A stretch of DNA of 64,000 nucleotides from Lingula anatina. Its lineage: Eukaryota; Animalia; Brachiopoda. The position numbers were made by a program, and so were the translations under genes. This document shows positions 24,901-39,800 of this stretch, piece after piece. The notes beneath the pieces are model-generated. The model made no database searches. It worked only from the letters and a program-made list of their open reading frames with translations, and was not told where the DNA came from. The stretch covers positions 16,120,001 to 16,184,000 of the forward strand of contig CM120642.1 in the NCBI GenBank assembly GCA_051362555.1. Reading direction: 5' to 3'. Position 1 is the first letter of the stretch. The number at the start of each line of letters is the position of its first letter.

Positions 24901-27900
24901 ATAAATAAATAAAAAAAAAATAAAAAGGCAGATCAGTGTCTATGGTGCACAGGTAGCACTTACTGTGGAAACCGTCCCGACTATTACAGTCTCTCTCCAG
25001 CCTGCGGGGAGGCCATTGTGGTTGCCAATCATTGTTTGCAATTTAATTATATAATATCCTAGGTTTGGAGAGAGATTTAAGACCCCAGGGTGTCTCACTA
25101 GGCTGGGGGAGAGATTTAAGACCCCAGGGTGTCTAGGCTGGGGGAGAGATTTCAGACCCCAGGACCGAGTGTGCTGAGACCAAGACATCAGCCAGTTGAT
25201 GTGTAGCTTCGGTGCACAGTAAACCTTCAGGGCGGAATTGGTGCTCCATATTGCGGTTTCTTCCCTTTGAACCAGTAGGCAAAAAGAAAAAGAGTACCGG
25301 AATGCAGCCCTACTATAGAACCTTTGGACCAATGAAACCCTTGATTAAAAAACAAAGAGACAAAAGCTAGGGTGCCATATTGAAATGTATTCCAGATAAA
25401 GTTGCTTTGTCACGTACTCTTGTCCCCTATTCCTTATGTTATCAATCCTATTTTACCAGCAGGTTTCAAAGCCCACCTTTATGTAATAAAATGTAAGCGC
25501 CAAACTACATGTTCATATGGGCTGAGACCGAGTTGTAATGAACCTTTTACATATGCCTATGATGAATGTCCTAAACTTATATAATTTTGTACGCTTAATT
25601 CAAGTGTGGTCTCGAAATAGGACATTACGTTTTAGACTTATTTAGTGGATAACACAATCCAAAGATTCCACAGTTCGTGTCAGATTTACGTAAGGTCGCG
25701 CAAAGAAAACCCAAGTCCACATAATGACCAGTTTAATGGTTTATTAGTTGACGATCTCTAACTACATGTTCTACGTGAAGCCTCCAACTTCTAAGCCGTC
25801 TCCCATGGCTCTGTCGAGTGGTAACCTTCAAGTCTTCTTCCTTCTGAACTCCAGATATTAATTCTGCACGTCTTTTATACAATATTTCTTATCACAAGGT
25901 GGATTCTGTGCTGCATTATTATTAACGATGATTATTATATAATTTATTATGTAATGTTACATCAAAATTGACAAAAATGCACTGCTACTACAAACATTTT
26001 GAAAAGAAAACCGTGTTACTTATTATTATTATTTTTAACTTACAAGTATGATTTTTAGGATTGGCATGCAGTTCAAATTAGAAAGCCAGCTCAATTGGGT
26101 TATCATTTATTATTGAACTTATGCAATTTTGTGTAAAATTTTCATTTTTCTCAATCTGGCTCTTTCAAAATGTGTACTCTCATGGGCCTGAAGCCTTATG
26201 CTTGTTACACATTTTACTTACATTGGTATTACCTGTTGAGCATAATTAAAATTTGATGTTGAATTTGCAATTTAACATAATGTACTTTTGCATCAGAATT
26301 GACAGTAGCCTATTTTGTGCATTGTTATTTTCAGCTTTTTGTCTGTACATTTGACAGCTTTGCTGCCTTGTCTTAAAATTCAGTTGTGTTGTGACTTTGA
26401 TTAGATGAAGAGAATTGAGGTCAATTCAAGGTGAAGACCAAAAAAAAATCAGCTAATACATAGCAATTTATTTATTTGAATAGCACAGGCATTGATGATA
26501 TGATTACAATGATAATAACTCTTCGTTCTGAATTTTCCTGGAGCAAACAACAATTTTCCCCATACTTACCAATGGTTAATGAATCCATATTTACATTCAA
26601 AGTTAGTCCCTGTTTTTTTTCTAAAAAGTTTGTTTTTTTGTTAAAATCTGTTAGGAGATTATAACAGAGTATAGCCATCAATGGAGGTAACGTGATCTGA
26701 AGACAATCACAGATATCAGAATAATAGCTATAACTGCTGTTTTTTGTCGTAAAACAGAATATATAATATTTCTATGAGTTATTCACAATTTTTTATTGTG
26801 AAATATAGATCTCATACGAAGAGTTATTATCCCTTTGAATTTAGAGAAAAATGCACCAAAAATCAAAAACTTACATGAATAAAGTGTGTGTGTGTGTGGT
26901 GGGGGGGGGGGGGGGGGGGCATTCTGCAAGTTATGTACCACATTGACTTCACTTTTAGCATAAATCCTGAAATTTTATTTTGTTTTTGATATTCCAGAAC
27001 CCCAACAGGGCAGAGATCCAGGCCAGTCTGAACCTATTCCTGGAGACTGCCAGTGGATTCTATTTACAGGTGAGAGCCAATGTCATATTTATATTTATAT
27101 TCAGGTCTCTAATACAGTATACAGGTCATACATTATCTGTGAAAAGAACATTGATTTCTTTTTAGTATGGTGTTGACAGATAGATTGAAAGCCTTATCAC
27201 AGATAGATTGAAAGCCTTATCACAACTCTAAATCATCAAACTTCCAAACACACTTCAGAAATGTGTAAGTGAAATTGTGTTTCTTTAATTTTTTTTTTTT
27301 TAATGTCAGCTAATTGAACATTTGTAGATGTCTCTTTGTATGTCTCTTTGCTATTGCTTCATTATGAGATTGTATGTTTTATGTTTGAGTGTTGGAGGTG
27401 AAAATTCAGAATTTTGGTTTCAGCTCATGCAGGAACTAAGCAGTGCTTTTAAATTAGATTTGCCATTTCGAAGAAAAACTAGTCACTTTGGTGCATTAAA
27501 AGGTAAGTGTGATATATATCCATGTAAATATTACCACAAATTTGAATGCATACAGGTGTTATATCATATTTTCTTGTCTTAGACTTACACATGTAGTGCA
27601 TTATAATTTTAGTTTTGATAATGTTTGTCTTAAGTATTTAAAAATCAGTAGTTCAGTTAAAAACCAATCTGTTTGTTAAAGTTTTTTTTATGGTATAGCT
27701 TTTAATGTTATTTTGGGAGCTATTAAAGATCTTTGTACAGTAAGGAATTGGTTGAAGTGTTCAAAGAAAATTATTATGAGGGGTGTGTTAATTTGTTTCA
27801 GAATGTTATCCCTATTATGGCAAAATCAAGTCTCCTAAGAAAGCTTCCTGTCTGTACATCTGTCAGCACATACTGGTGCATCTTGGAGATATAGGCAAGT

Positions 27901-27948
27901 TTTCAAATTAAAAATGCAGTGTCACAAATGTTTTCGTTTGGGTTTTTA

Positions 27949-27979
<31 letters not shown>

Positions 27980-30900
27980 TCAAATTAAAATCTCATCTTG
28001 CACTTTTTGAAAGGGAAGGAAGTTATGTATTTGACCCAAATCATTGAAACTTTCATTACAAAACAGATATTAGTACATGATAGTGATAATCTCATCTGTC
28101 CAGTGCAAGAAAGATGACATACATGACTATAATTACTAAGTAAACAAAACATTGAAAGAGGGTATGATGTTCACTTTTCTTTGTAGCTCGTTACCTACAG
28201 CAGATAGAGCAGGCACAGACGTACTACAGACATGCTGCATTCCTGGTTCCTTCCAATGGTCAGTTACTCTCACTCTTTTCTTTTTGATTCATAAAACAGT
28301 CAGCTTGCAGTCTCTTCTTTAGAAATCATTGAATTATGAGCTTGCAGCTCAAAAGTATGAATCCCCACTTATTTATATAATAGTAAAGTGGTGTTCTAAA
28401 ATTGTCAACCAACAGTTCAGGATGCATCATATTAAAGATGTGCTCACCATATTTGAAAATGGCCCAAAGTCCAATGTTTTTTTGTCTGCATATGTTGCAA
28501 AGCTGATAAAACTTTCCCATATCAGGCTTAACATTTATAACACCCCTTAAATAAAAGTACCTGATTTCGATTTTTCTTTCAGAAATGTTTAGAAAGACAT
28601 GGTGGTCTAAATGACTGGCCAGTCATATTTTTCCAAGGAAAATTAGATTTGGAGGGATTACTGAAAAGGATACCTTAAAACCCCATTGTAAGCTTGGTAT
28701 AAATAATACATCTTTCTGATTCTACCAAATATTTAGTTCTCTCATCTGTTCTTCAATATTTGCAATCCAGGTCAACCTTACAACCAGTTGGCCATACTTG
28801 AAGCAGCCAAAGGAAACAAACTGTGCACTGTCTTCTACTACATCCGCAGTATAGCAGTCAAGCACCCATTCCCTGTGGCCACCACTAACCTGGAGAAGTT
28901 CTACAGTAAACTCATCAAGGACTCGTAAGTGAAGAATGGGGTCTAGCTTTAGCTTGTTACTCAGTAGCAGATCCTTTGTTTCCATTTTGATTTTGCTGTA
29001 TATCATCAGTGTAATGGAGTTGTTATTGGAGATTTTATAATTCAATATTTTGATTTATTATTTGAAATTTATTAATATGTTCTGAAGAGAAGAGAAGAGT
29101 CTTACAGACAGAGTGCCATTTGGAATGATGTATACAATAGCTTAAAGTTTGTTATGTCTTATCTTTTCAGTGTTGAATACAGGGGTAAACTTTCCATGTG
29201 TGAATTTGTGAGCACATTTCTCCAGTTTCATGCTTTTGTCCATTTGTGTACAGGTAAGCAGCATGACAGTGGTATGCCATAGATAATTGATATGTGAAGA
29301 AAAGCACATTTTAAAGAAACATACTGTTTCTACCCCAGTCTAATGCTCTTTACCTGTTAATACTTTACCAATCTAATATTAGACTAATGCAATTTTGTAT
29401 TGTTGAAATTTTTCCAAAATGATATCCCTGATTTTCAGTAAAGATTATTATAATACTTTATATGCATCTTGTTTTCACAGGTTTAAATATTTGATTTATT
29501 TAAATATCAAAGTTATTTACATATTTCTGTATATTTTACCGTCAGACCTGACCAAAGCTAAACGGCATGGCGACAAACTAGCCACCAGTCTCTCCTCCCA
29601 CATCAGCTCTGTCAGCTTCTCCTCGTACCAGCTGGTCCAGATGGTAGCGGTCAACCTGTTTGCTATGGACCATGCGTCCAGGAGACTGGACAGTGGAGGT
29701 GACCAGAGCAAAGAGGTGCTCAGTGAGGATGAAAGGACCTGCTGGGACTTAGTGTTTAATTTGACAGGTGGGTACTTATAATGATGGGAATAGTATCTAT
29801 ACAATAATTATTATTTATTATTATTTGCTGTTGTCTGATGGTGAAATTGCACTTTAAACTTACAGATCAAAAGTCTACTTGTAGTCTGTACATGAGCATA
29901 GGTAAGAGAAGCGGGAACTTAATGTTTCTGTAACTCTGTTAGTTGGATCTGTTATGTGAATGATACAGTTGTCAGCACAACAGTAAGTAATAAAAGATTT
30001 TTTAAAAAACTTGTTTACTACAGAGCTGAAGTGAAAGATCACAATTAACACATTACTGAGTATCTCTTGGGCTTGAACTAAATTTCAAGTGACACATTTA
30101 TTATATTTATTGCTGCAATAAGAATTATCAACTCATGCATTCTGTGGCCTGTTCCAGCCACCATGCTGAGTCACCTTCTCCACTTCACACCTAAACAAGA
30201 GCAGAAGGCCAAGGACCACCACACTTTGCCTGCCATCAAGATACTGCTGGACTGGGTCAGACTGGACAGGGACATGCTGGCCAAACCAGTGTTCAAGGGC
30301 TCAAAGTAAGTACTGGTCAGTCAGACTGGACAGTGCCAAAGTGAGTAGGGTTACAAGATGGAGGTGAAGTAGAAAACGAAACAAACTAATTTAAAAGTTT
30401 TTATCAGCTTTTTAAATACATTCATTTACATGAAGAAATGAGATTGAATGATTGTTGTTTTACATATTTATGTATCTGTTTATATTTATTTCTTGGGTTT
30501 TGTTCTATAATTTTGTATAACAGTGTTACAGTATTTAGGATATGAGTTTCAAATGTAAGAAACATGTCTTCTTTGGTTAAAGCATCCAGTAAAACAGTAA
30601 CAAAGGAATGTGAAAGTTATTTTTTTGTTCTTCAGTGTATGGAGTAACCTGAGCAAGCTTCTGAACAACCTCCAGTTTCATGTTGGAGTCAAGGACACCA
30701 CAGGGCTGGAGAAATGTAAGTGTTGGTTAGGCTTCTGTAGAATTACACAATATCAATAACCAAGTATCTCTTTTTTCAAGGTATATAGAGTGTTAAAAAT
30801 CAGTTTTACCAATGTGATTTTACAATTTCAGAAAAAAAATTATAACAGTCTTTTTAAGCAAGTGGATGTTATATTTTCAGATGTACAACTCCCTTTGCCT

Positions 30901-33784
30901 GAAGACTATGATCTACAGTGTTTTCTGCCAACCTCCAAGGGTCAGGAGTAAGTAAACCATTTCATTGGTGATAAATGTTTATAAGGACAAATAAAAAACA
31001 ATTGAAATAATTGTTATTAATGAAAAGAAAATGTATGTAAAGAGTTGAAATACAAAAATGAATTATAATTTGATTTATTTAATCAGGCTTACCAAGTACT
31101 AGCTAAAGATGAAAATAATTTTTTAAATTAAAGAATGTTTAAATAATTGAATTAACTGATGCATCATTTTGAAGGCCTGTGACATTAAGTGGACTTAGTA
31201 AAACTAACTGTAGTCCGTTATCTGGATTGTAAAATTATGCATGTCAATTTAAATACGGATTGCCTCAATTTGTTCCCTTCATCTTAATGCCATATGACAT
31301 TAAACTATACTTTCCTACAGGAGACTGGATTTCAGCAAATACCCAAGCGATTTATTTCCTGGTGAGGTAGAGGCGCGGCTGAGGTGCCAGCGTTTGATGG
31401 AGCACGGCAAGGCTCTGTGTGAGGAGTTTCCCAGTCTGAACCTCATCAACTTCCAGGTCCTCAAGTCTGGCAAGCTGCAGTTCAGTGCACCTAGCTATCA
31501 TGTGAAACTACTGCCTGCCGGTGGGTTTCTGAAGTCTCAGATAAAAAATTGGGGCTAGTGTTACAAAAGATCTGTTGACCAAGAGGTGGTCTTCGTAACT
31601 AGACTAAAAGATTTTAGGTTTTTTTTTTTTTTTTTTTTTTTTGACCATGGATAAATCAGTTGAAATCTACCTAAGTTGAACACAAATGATGTATGATTTA
31701 AACCAATTTCTGAAGAATGGATTAATCCTGAAATGAATATAGACCAGTATCTTTTGTCTAAATGTTAAGATCACATTTTGGTATTAAGTTCTTTTGTGAA
31801 ATCTGCCCCTTTTGTCAGATTTAAAGTAATATTTTCACCCTTTGTGTCTATCAAGGAAGATCAAATTTTGTTACAGAGGCCTAGCATTTAGTTTCTCAAC
31901 TTATTAGTTCTGGTTAGAAAATGATATGAAGGAAAATTGTTCTTGGTTAGTTATTTCTCACAGACATTAACCACAGTGCATTTGTCTATTTTGTTTTAAT
32001 TTCATGCTGTTTCACTCCATATTAGCTGTAATTTCGGTGAAAAAAAAAAAAACTTGTGAAATTACTCCATCAAATGATTGTAGAAGGATAATTTAATGAA
32101 AGTAAAAGAACTTAAGATTTTGAGTTTCATGATTCTTGTTTTCATATTTCAGATTCTGAGAGTCAGCAGCATGAAAGAAAAGCTTCCAGACAGAATGTGG
32201 CTATACAGGTAGGTGGAATCTCATCTCAGTCAAAACTACAAATTAAAAAAAATTGGTCTCTCTATATGAATTAGTACTGTTTGTTACCTAAGCATTCTAA
32301 GGCAGCTGCTGCTTTGAACATCAGCCAGCTTTTACTATTAATGTGTTTTCTAGAATGTTTCAGTAATTGCTGGAATATTCCACCATGAAAAGAGACTAAT
32401 TAGACTAGACTTGCCATTGCTTGGCTACATTAATATCTTGCTCAGTTCGGTGTCCTAGATTCCCGTGTTTTCATCTTTTCCAGGCTATTATGCAGAATAA
32501 AGCCACTAAAACTCTTCCTGGCCAAGGCTCACAAAACCAGGTCTGTGTTGGTGAATATATCAAAGAAATATGAAAACAAAGGATCATTTTTATGTCAGTT
32601 AAAAAAAGAAATGTTATATCTGTGAACACAGTTGACATAATTAGTGCCAGCTTTATTCTTAATGCAGTGAACCTTTATTGCCGTGCATGGTTGGTTATAT
32701 TGTAGTTATCATTTTATCTCAGTCAATATTAAACATGTCTACTCTATGCATCACATGTCCTGTCAGTAATTTTGTCTGTCAGCTGTTTGTGCCTGTTAAT
32801 CACGTCATGTCTGTTAGTCATTTTTTGTGCCATTTGTGGTATGTCTGTCAATTATTTGGTCTATCAGTTGCTTCATGTCTATCAACAGTCAGTTTGCCTA
32901 TCAATTGTGTCATGTCAGTCGCTTTGTCTCTCAGTTGTGTCATGTCTGCCAGTCAAACTACATGCATGCCAATCACTACATATGTGATAACCCTGTTTGT
33001 CTGTCTGTCTGTCTGTCCGTCTGTCTGTCATGTCTGTTGTTTTCAACTCCAGGGACCCCCACAAATAGAACAGAGAAAACCCCTACAGCTGTCTCCCTCC
33101 CAGTCCAGGTCTCAGGCCGACCTCTCCCCCAGTCACAGCCAGGGACACTTGTTTGAAGAATTGCCAGTAGATGGCAGCAGTGGTAGCAACCAGTCCACCT
33201 CTCCCTTGCCATCTGGCCTCCATGGTAACCTGCCACCTCGGTTGTTACAGCAACAACAACAACAGCAACAACAGCAGCAGCAGCAATCATCTCAAGGAGG
33301 GATGTACCCCTCTCCTCACCCTGGGGGATATCACCAGGGCATGCCCCCACAGCACCACCCTGGTATGATGCCCGGAATGGTGCCGAACATGCCCAGAGCA
33401 CCTCTCATTAGACAACCCAAACAACAAGTGGACCCAGGTATACGGCCTGGCCTGAGGCTGGAGTCCCGAGGTGGACCCCAACCCCAGCAGATGCTGCCCT
33501 CTGGTGTCCAGTTCTCACAACCTTCTGGTGCCCCTGTGGCAGAGATGGTCCCCAAACCTACAGCTTTCCTGCAGCAACAGCAGCAGCAAGATGGGGCACC
33601 AAGGGGGAACTTTTCTTCTGGGGTGAGGATGCCTCAACACCAGCCATCCCCTCGGATTCCCCTACAGAACCCCATTGGTGTTAGTGCCAGGATACCCAGG
33701 GCCCAGCAGGGGGCTGGGATACCGTCAAGGATGCCAAGTCCACAACAAGGGCCTCCTGCTCCCCAGAGAATGCCAAATGCACAA

Positions 33785-33829
<45 letters not shown>

Positions 33830-36800
33830 GAGGAAAGAAACATGAAAATATGAGGTTGGGACAAAAGTTAAGAGAGTGTTTAAAGAATGCTTTTGGGAAA
33901 CATTTTGAGTTTGTTACTCACACCTTAAAGTATTTACTACCATAATTGTGAATCAATAAAGAATGGTATGGTTGTAAATTTTTTAAATTCAAATATAAAT
34001 ATATAATTATATAAAAATGATCGGAAGTTCTTCCATTTTAAGCTCAAATCAGTCCCAAAATACAGTGCACCTTTGGAATATGTGATGTTGATTTGCCCTT
34101 ACAGTGTACTGTTGTATAAATAAGTGCTGGAAAGCACTAAGAGGAAAATTTTTTTTCAAAATCCCAGATAATTTTCAAAAAAAGAAAGAGAGTAATCATT
34201 GATAAACTGCCTAGTTCTTTCATGCTCTTTTATATTTTTATCTTTTTATTTAGCCCAAATTTACTTTTGCTCTTCTGTATGATTAATAATGTTAAATTCC
34301 AGTCTATACTATTATATAATATGCTTTTAATCTCTATAAACAGATTATGCAAAATTTTTGTTAAACAATTTTTTTTCATATCATCATTTTTTTAAGAACA
34401 GACATTATTTTTTAGTTATGGGAAAGAATAAAGCTTCTGGGGTTCTGTGATAATCCCTATTGTGCATTTATAGCTGCTCTTATGCACTAATTCTATTGTT
34501 TAGCCTGTTACTCCAAGCTCCTTGTGTATTGTTAGGGATAAAAATTTGGCATTGGTCAAGAAATTAACTGAATTTGAATTTTTATATTGGTATTTAGCTG
34601 GTAGCCCCATTTTTACTAGTATTTCACATTCTGTCTTAGACATCTTATTATTTAACGATCAGAGAAAAAGCAGAAAAAGGGAATGCAGCTGACTGTTATT
34701 TGTGTGTATTTCAATGAAATTTACACAGGAGGTGTTTTTATGCTGTTAAGAAAATATTTTTAATATGGGAAAATAATACCTATGTGAAAAGTTTAAAACA
34801 CAAGTATTATTGGAATTTTATTTTTTTAAAAAATGTGCATATTTACTTTAACAGTGCTACATAAAGTCTTTAAATAATATTGATAACTGCAGGCACAATC
34901 ATTCATATATACTGAAGGTCACGAGATGATGTCCAAGTTGTTGATGACTAAATTGTTGTTGTTTTCTAAACGGACACCAAGGCAAGTGCATGTCATTCAT
35001 GTCTCATAATAATCCATCGCTGTTCTTCTCAAAGGTTTCGTTTGTCACCTACAGATTTGATAAAGATAATAATGGCAAATAAGTGTTAGGGATTGTCCGT
35101 GCAGGTAGAGAACACACTTTGGAAGCGATAATAAGTCATGAAGTGCTGTAAACAATGTCATTTTTCACACTCGAATGATGATTGGAACTTGGCTTGGTTA
35201 GCATAGCATCTCTTTGTTGAATATAATTTTGTGTACTGATAATATAAGAAAAGTGCAAGTGTCATATGGTCAGTTTACCAGACTTAACTTTAAGTAGTCC
35301 ACTCAACCACTGCAAAATCTAATTCTTAGACAATTGTATTTTAAAATTTGACCAGGGTTTTCTATTGATTTGACCATGCTCAGCTACACAATGTACAGTG
35401 ACTGAAGTCTTTCACTGTTTTAATTTCCAATCTACACTAATATTTAATGTGGTACACAGCAGAGTCTAATTTTTCTGATAACCCATCAATATAATGGCAA
35501 ACTGCATTCTGGGATTTTTCAATTCTCCAAGGGACAAGCTCCATGGGTAACTCTTGGTCCTCATTAGAATGTAAATTTCTAGTTGGTGATACGTTATTAT
35601 GCATTTTTAACCAAAGGGATTGACAATCTAAAGTTTAAACTTTCATTTAGGGGTAGGTCTTTGTTTGATTAAACCATTATTTTTATTAGAGGGTGAGAGG
35701 AGGGGGTTGACAGAAAAGGGGGAGCATGGGGAGGCAGTGTTCTGAGTTGAATGAAGATGTTAATAGCAAGGTAAAATGATGCAGAAAGGAAATCTGATAT
35801 ACATTTGAATATCTTTATTTCAGATGTTTTGAGAGTAACAGTCAGAAGCAAATGTTTATATCATTTCTCAATAATTTATTGGAACATTTACTTGTACCTT
35901 TTGTTGTTAATTAATGAATGTAATTGATTTATAAATTAGGTGGTGAGGCAAGACTCCCATTCTCTCAGCAAGCCTGGAGCAGCCCCTTCCTGCAGCAACA
36001 GCACACACCAGAGCAACAACAGTACTTACAGCAGTTGCAACAACAAAGACAGCAACAGCAACAACAGCAGCAGCAACAACAACAACAACAACAGCAGCAG
36101 AAGCAACAACAGCAGCAGATACAAGGAGGGCTGTACCAGGGTGGAGGAGGGGGAGGCGGAAGTGGACATTTTCCCCCACAGCAGCAAGTGCCCCAGCAGC
36201 AAGTTCCCCACTCTCTGCAACAGCTGATACAGGACCTACAGAGGTAGGACTTTATCACTTACATTTTTTGATAAAAAAAGATTGAGGTAGTATAGTGTAG
36301 TGTAGTATAGTTATAGGAGCAGTTGGATGATTCCGCTTGTCTTGACATACTGCTTTATTAATTGTACCACCAGCGTTAGCGCTGGCGGTACACATGGTTT
36401 TAGTCCCGTCCGGATCGTTCCGCCGGCTCCTGCGGCTCCGCCGGCTCCGCCAGACGGCTACCGTTACCGCTTCTCCTCCTAGACGGTAAGAGCCCCCGTA
36501 CCCATCTCTTGGATTTAGGTCACCTATAATCTCAACTCGTTCCACGTAAAATTTGGGCTTTGTCGGTTTTGGGGTCTAGGTGTGGCACTCATTGCAATGC
36601 ACCCTTGTCTAAAAATGGCAAAATTAAATGCTAATTATCTACCCTACGGAAGGAATTATGGGAAAAATTTCTACAGACGGCTTTCCAAAAGTCATATGTG
36701 TAGATTTCAAATATGCCCTTGGATTTGACCTTTGACCTTTATTTCAAGGTCAAACGGGCCAAAATTTTCAAAAAAATGAATTTTTTTACGAAAAAAAAAT

Positions 36801-39800
36801 TATTTGCCCTGTTATTCAGACACCACACAGACTTAACCAATAATATTATTGGAAAGTGTTACCCTTCAGGTCATCTTTCATATCCGTGAATTTGGGGTCA
36901 ATCGGTGCATTTTCACGAGAGTAGCGGCCATAAGATACCAAAACTGAAAACTGTCTCTAATTCGGGAACCGTTAATGCTAGAGACCCATTCTTTTTTGCA
37001 TTTTGTAGAGCATGTAAAGCCCAACACTGGAGGTGGTCTCGGTTTTTTTGTATTCCATACGGTTTTCGAGTTACGCTGTATCAAAAAGTACATATTGGTG
37101 GTGAAAGCAAAATGTGCAGTACGGTAATGGATAATAAATTTTGAACTCCGTAAAAATAAAACATAAGGCTTGGCAAAGCAGACAACTTGTGGTCAAAAAT
37201 GACATTATTTCATCAAATGTGAACATCTGGAACTTCAGAGCACCTCCCATTTCAAGAATTTTGACCAAAATGACCTTTTCTTTATTTTAATTAATTTTTT
37301 CTGTAGGAAATTTATGGCACATTATGGTAACTCCAAAATTATAACATTTAGTCCCTTATATCTCCAAAACTGGCAGAGATAGGTCCATAGTTACTATTGA
37401 AGTTGAATAGGAAGTCATATACTGGCAATCTAAATGTGACCTTAAAATTGACTTTTGACCTACTTTTCACCGTGAACTGAACTTTGCAAATTTTGCTTCC
37501 CTTTTATCTCCAAAACTGGCAGAGATAGGTCCATAGTTACTATTGAAGTTGAATAGGAAGTCATATGCTGGCAATCTCAATGTGACCTTAAAATTGACCT
37601 TTGACCTACTTTTCACCATGAACTGAACTTTGCAAATTTTGCTTCCCTTTTATCTCCAAAACTGGCAGAGATAGGTCCATAGTTACTATTGAAGTTGAAT
37701 AGGAAGTCATATACTGGCAATCTAAATGTGACCTTGAAATTGACATTTGACCTACTTTTCACCATGAACTGAACTTTGCAAATTTTGCTTCCCTTTTATC
37801 TCCAAAACTGGCAGAGATAGGTCCATAGTTACTATTGAAGTTGAATAGGAAGTCATATACTGGCAATCTAAATGTGACCTTAAAATTGACCTTTGACCTA
37901 CTTTTCACCATGAACTGAACTTTGTAAATTTTGCTTCCCTTTTATCTCCAAAACTGGCAGAGATAGGTCCATAGTTACTATTGAAGTTGAATAGGAAGTC
38001 ATATACTGGCAATCTATATGTGACCTTGAAATTGACCTTTGACCTACTTTTCACCATGAACTGAACTTTGCAAATTTTGCTCCCCTTTTATCTCCAAAAC
38101 TGGCAGAGATAGGTCCATAGTTACTATTGGACTTGAATAGGAAGTCATATACTGGCAATCTAAATGTGACCTTGAAATTGACCTTTGACCTACTTTTCAC
38201 CATGAACTGAACTTTGCAAATTTTGCTTGACTTTTATCTCCAAAGTTACGCTGTATCAAAAAGTACATATTGGTGGTGAAAGCAAAATGTGCAGTACGGT
38301 AATGTATAATAAATTTTGAACTCCGGAAAAATAAAACATAAGGCTTGGCAAAGCAGACAAGTTGTGGTCAAAAATGACATTATTTCATCAAATTTGAACA
38401 TCTGGAACTTCGGAGCACCTCCCATTTTAAGAATTTTGACCAAAATGACCTTTTCTTTATTTTAATTAATTTCTTCTGTAGGAAATTTATGGCACATTAT
38501 GGTAACTCCAAAATTATAACATTTAGTCCCTTATTTCTCCAAAACTGGCAGAGATAGGTCCATAGTTACTATTGAAGTTGAATAGGAAGTCATATACTGG
38601 CAATCTAAATGTGACCTTGAAATTGACCTTTGACCTTCTTTTCACCATGAACTGAATTTTGCAAATTTTGCTTCCCTTTTATCTCCAAAACTGGCAGAGA
38701 TAGGTCCATAGTTACTATTGAACTTGAATAGGAAGTCATATATTGGCAATCTAAATGTGACCTTGAAATTGACCTTTGACCTACTTTTCACCATGAACTG
38801 AACTTTGCAAATTTTGCTTCCCTTTTATCTCCAAAACTGGCAGAGATAGGTCCATAGTTTCTATTGAACTTGAATATAAAGTCATATACTGGCAATCTAA
38901 ATGTGACCTTGAAATTGACCTTTGACCTACTTTTCACCATGAACTGAACTTTGTAAATTTTGCTTCCCTTTTATCTCCAAAACTGGCAGAGATAGGTCCA
39001 TAGTTACTATTGAAGTTGAATAGGAAGTCATATACTGGCAATCTATATGTGACCTTGAAATTGACCTTTGACCTACTTTTCACCATGAACTGAACTTTGC
39101 AAATTTTGCTTCCCTTTTATCTCCAAAACTGGCAGAGATAGGTCCATAGTTACTATTGTAATTGAATAGGAAGTCATATACTGGCAATCTAAATGTGACC
39201 TTAAAATTGACCTTTGACCTACTTTTCACCATGAACTGAACTTTGTAAATTTTGCTTCCCTTTTATCTCCAAAACTGGCAGAGATAGGTCCATAGTTACT
39301 ATTGAAGTTGAATAGGAAGTCATATACTGGCAATCTATATGTGACCTTGAAATTGACATTTGACCTACTTTTCACCATGAACTGAACTTTGCACATTTTG
39401 GTTCCCTTTTATCTCCAAAACTGGCAGAGATAGGTCCATAGTTACTATTGTAGTTGAATAGGAAGTCATATACTGGCAATCTTAATGTGACCTTGAAATT
39501 GACCTTTGACCTACTTTTCACCATGAACTGAACTTTGCAAATTTTGCTCCCCTTTTATCTCCAAAACTGGCAGAGATAGGTCCATAGTTACTATTGGACT
39601 TGAATAGGACGTCATATACTGGCAATCTAAATGTGACCTTGAAATTGACCTTTGACCTACTTTTCACCATGAACTGAACTTTGCAAATTTTGCTTGACTT
39701 TTATCTCCAAAGTTACGCTGTATCAAAAAGTACATATTGGTGGTGAAAGCAAAATGTGCAGTACGGTAATGTATAATAAATTTTGAACTCCGGAAAAATA

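Noticed and set aside
32678-33052. Hydrophobic Cys-rich N-terminus of the 391-aa ORF
   Set aside because: Intronic low-complexity (TGTC) sequence; the real SMG7 exon starts at the acceptor at 33053
35907-36258. Antisense poly-Cys, poly-Leu and poly-Val ORFs
   Set aside because: Shadows of the SMG7 polyQ exon
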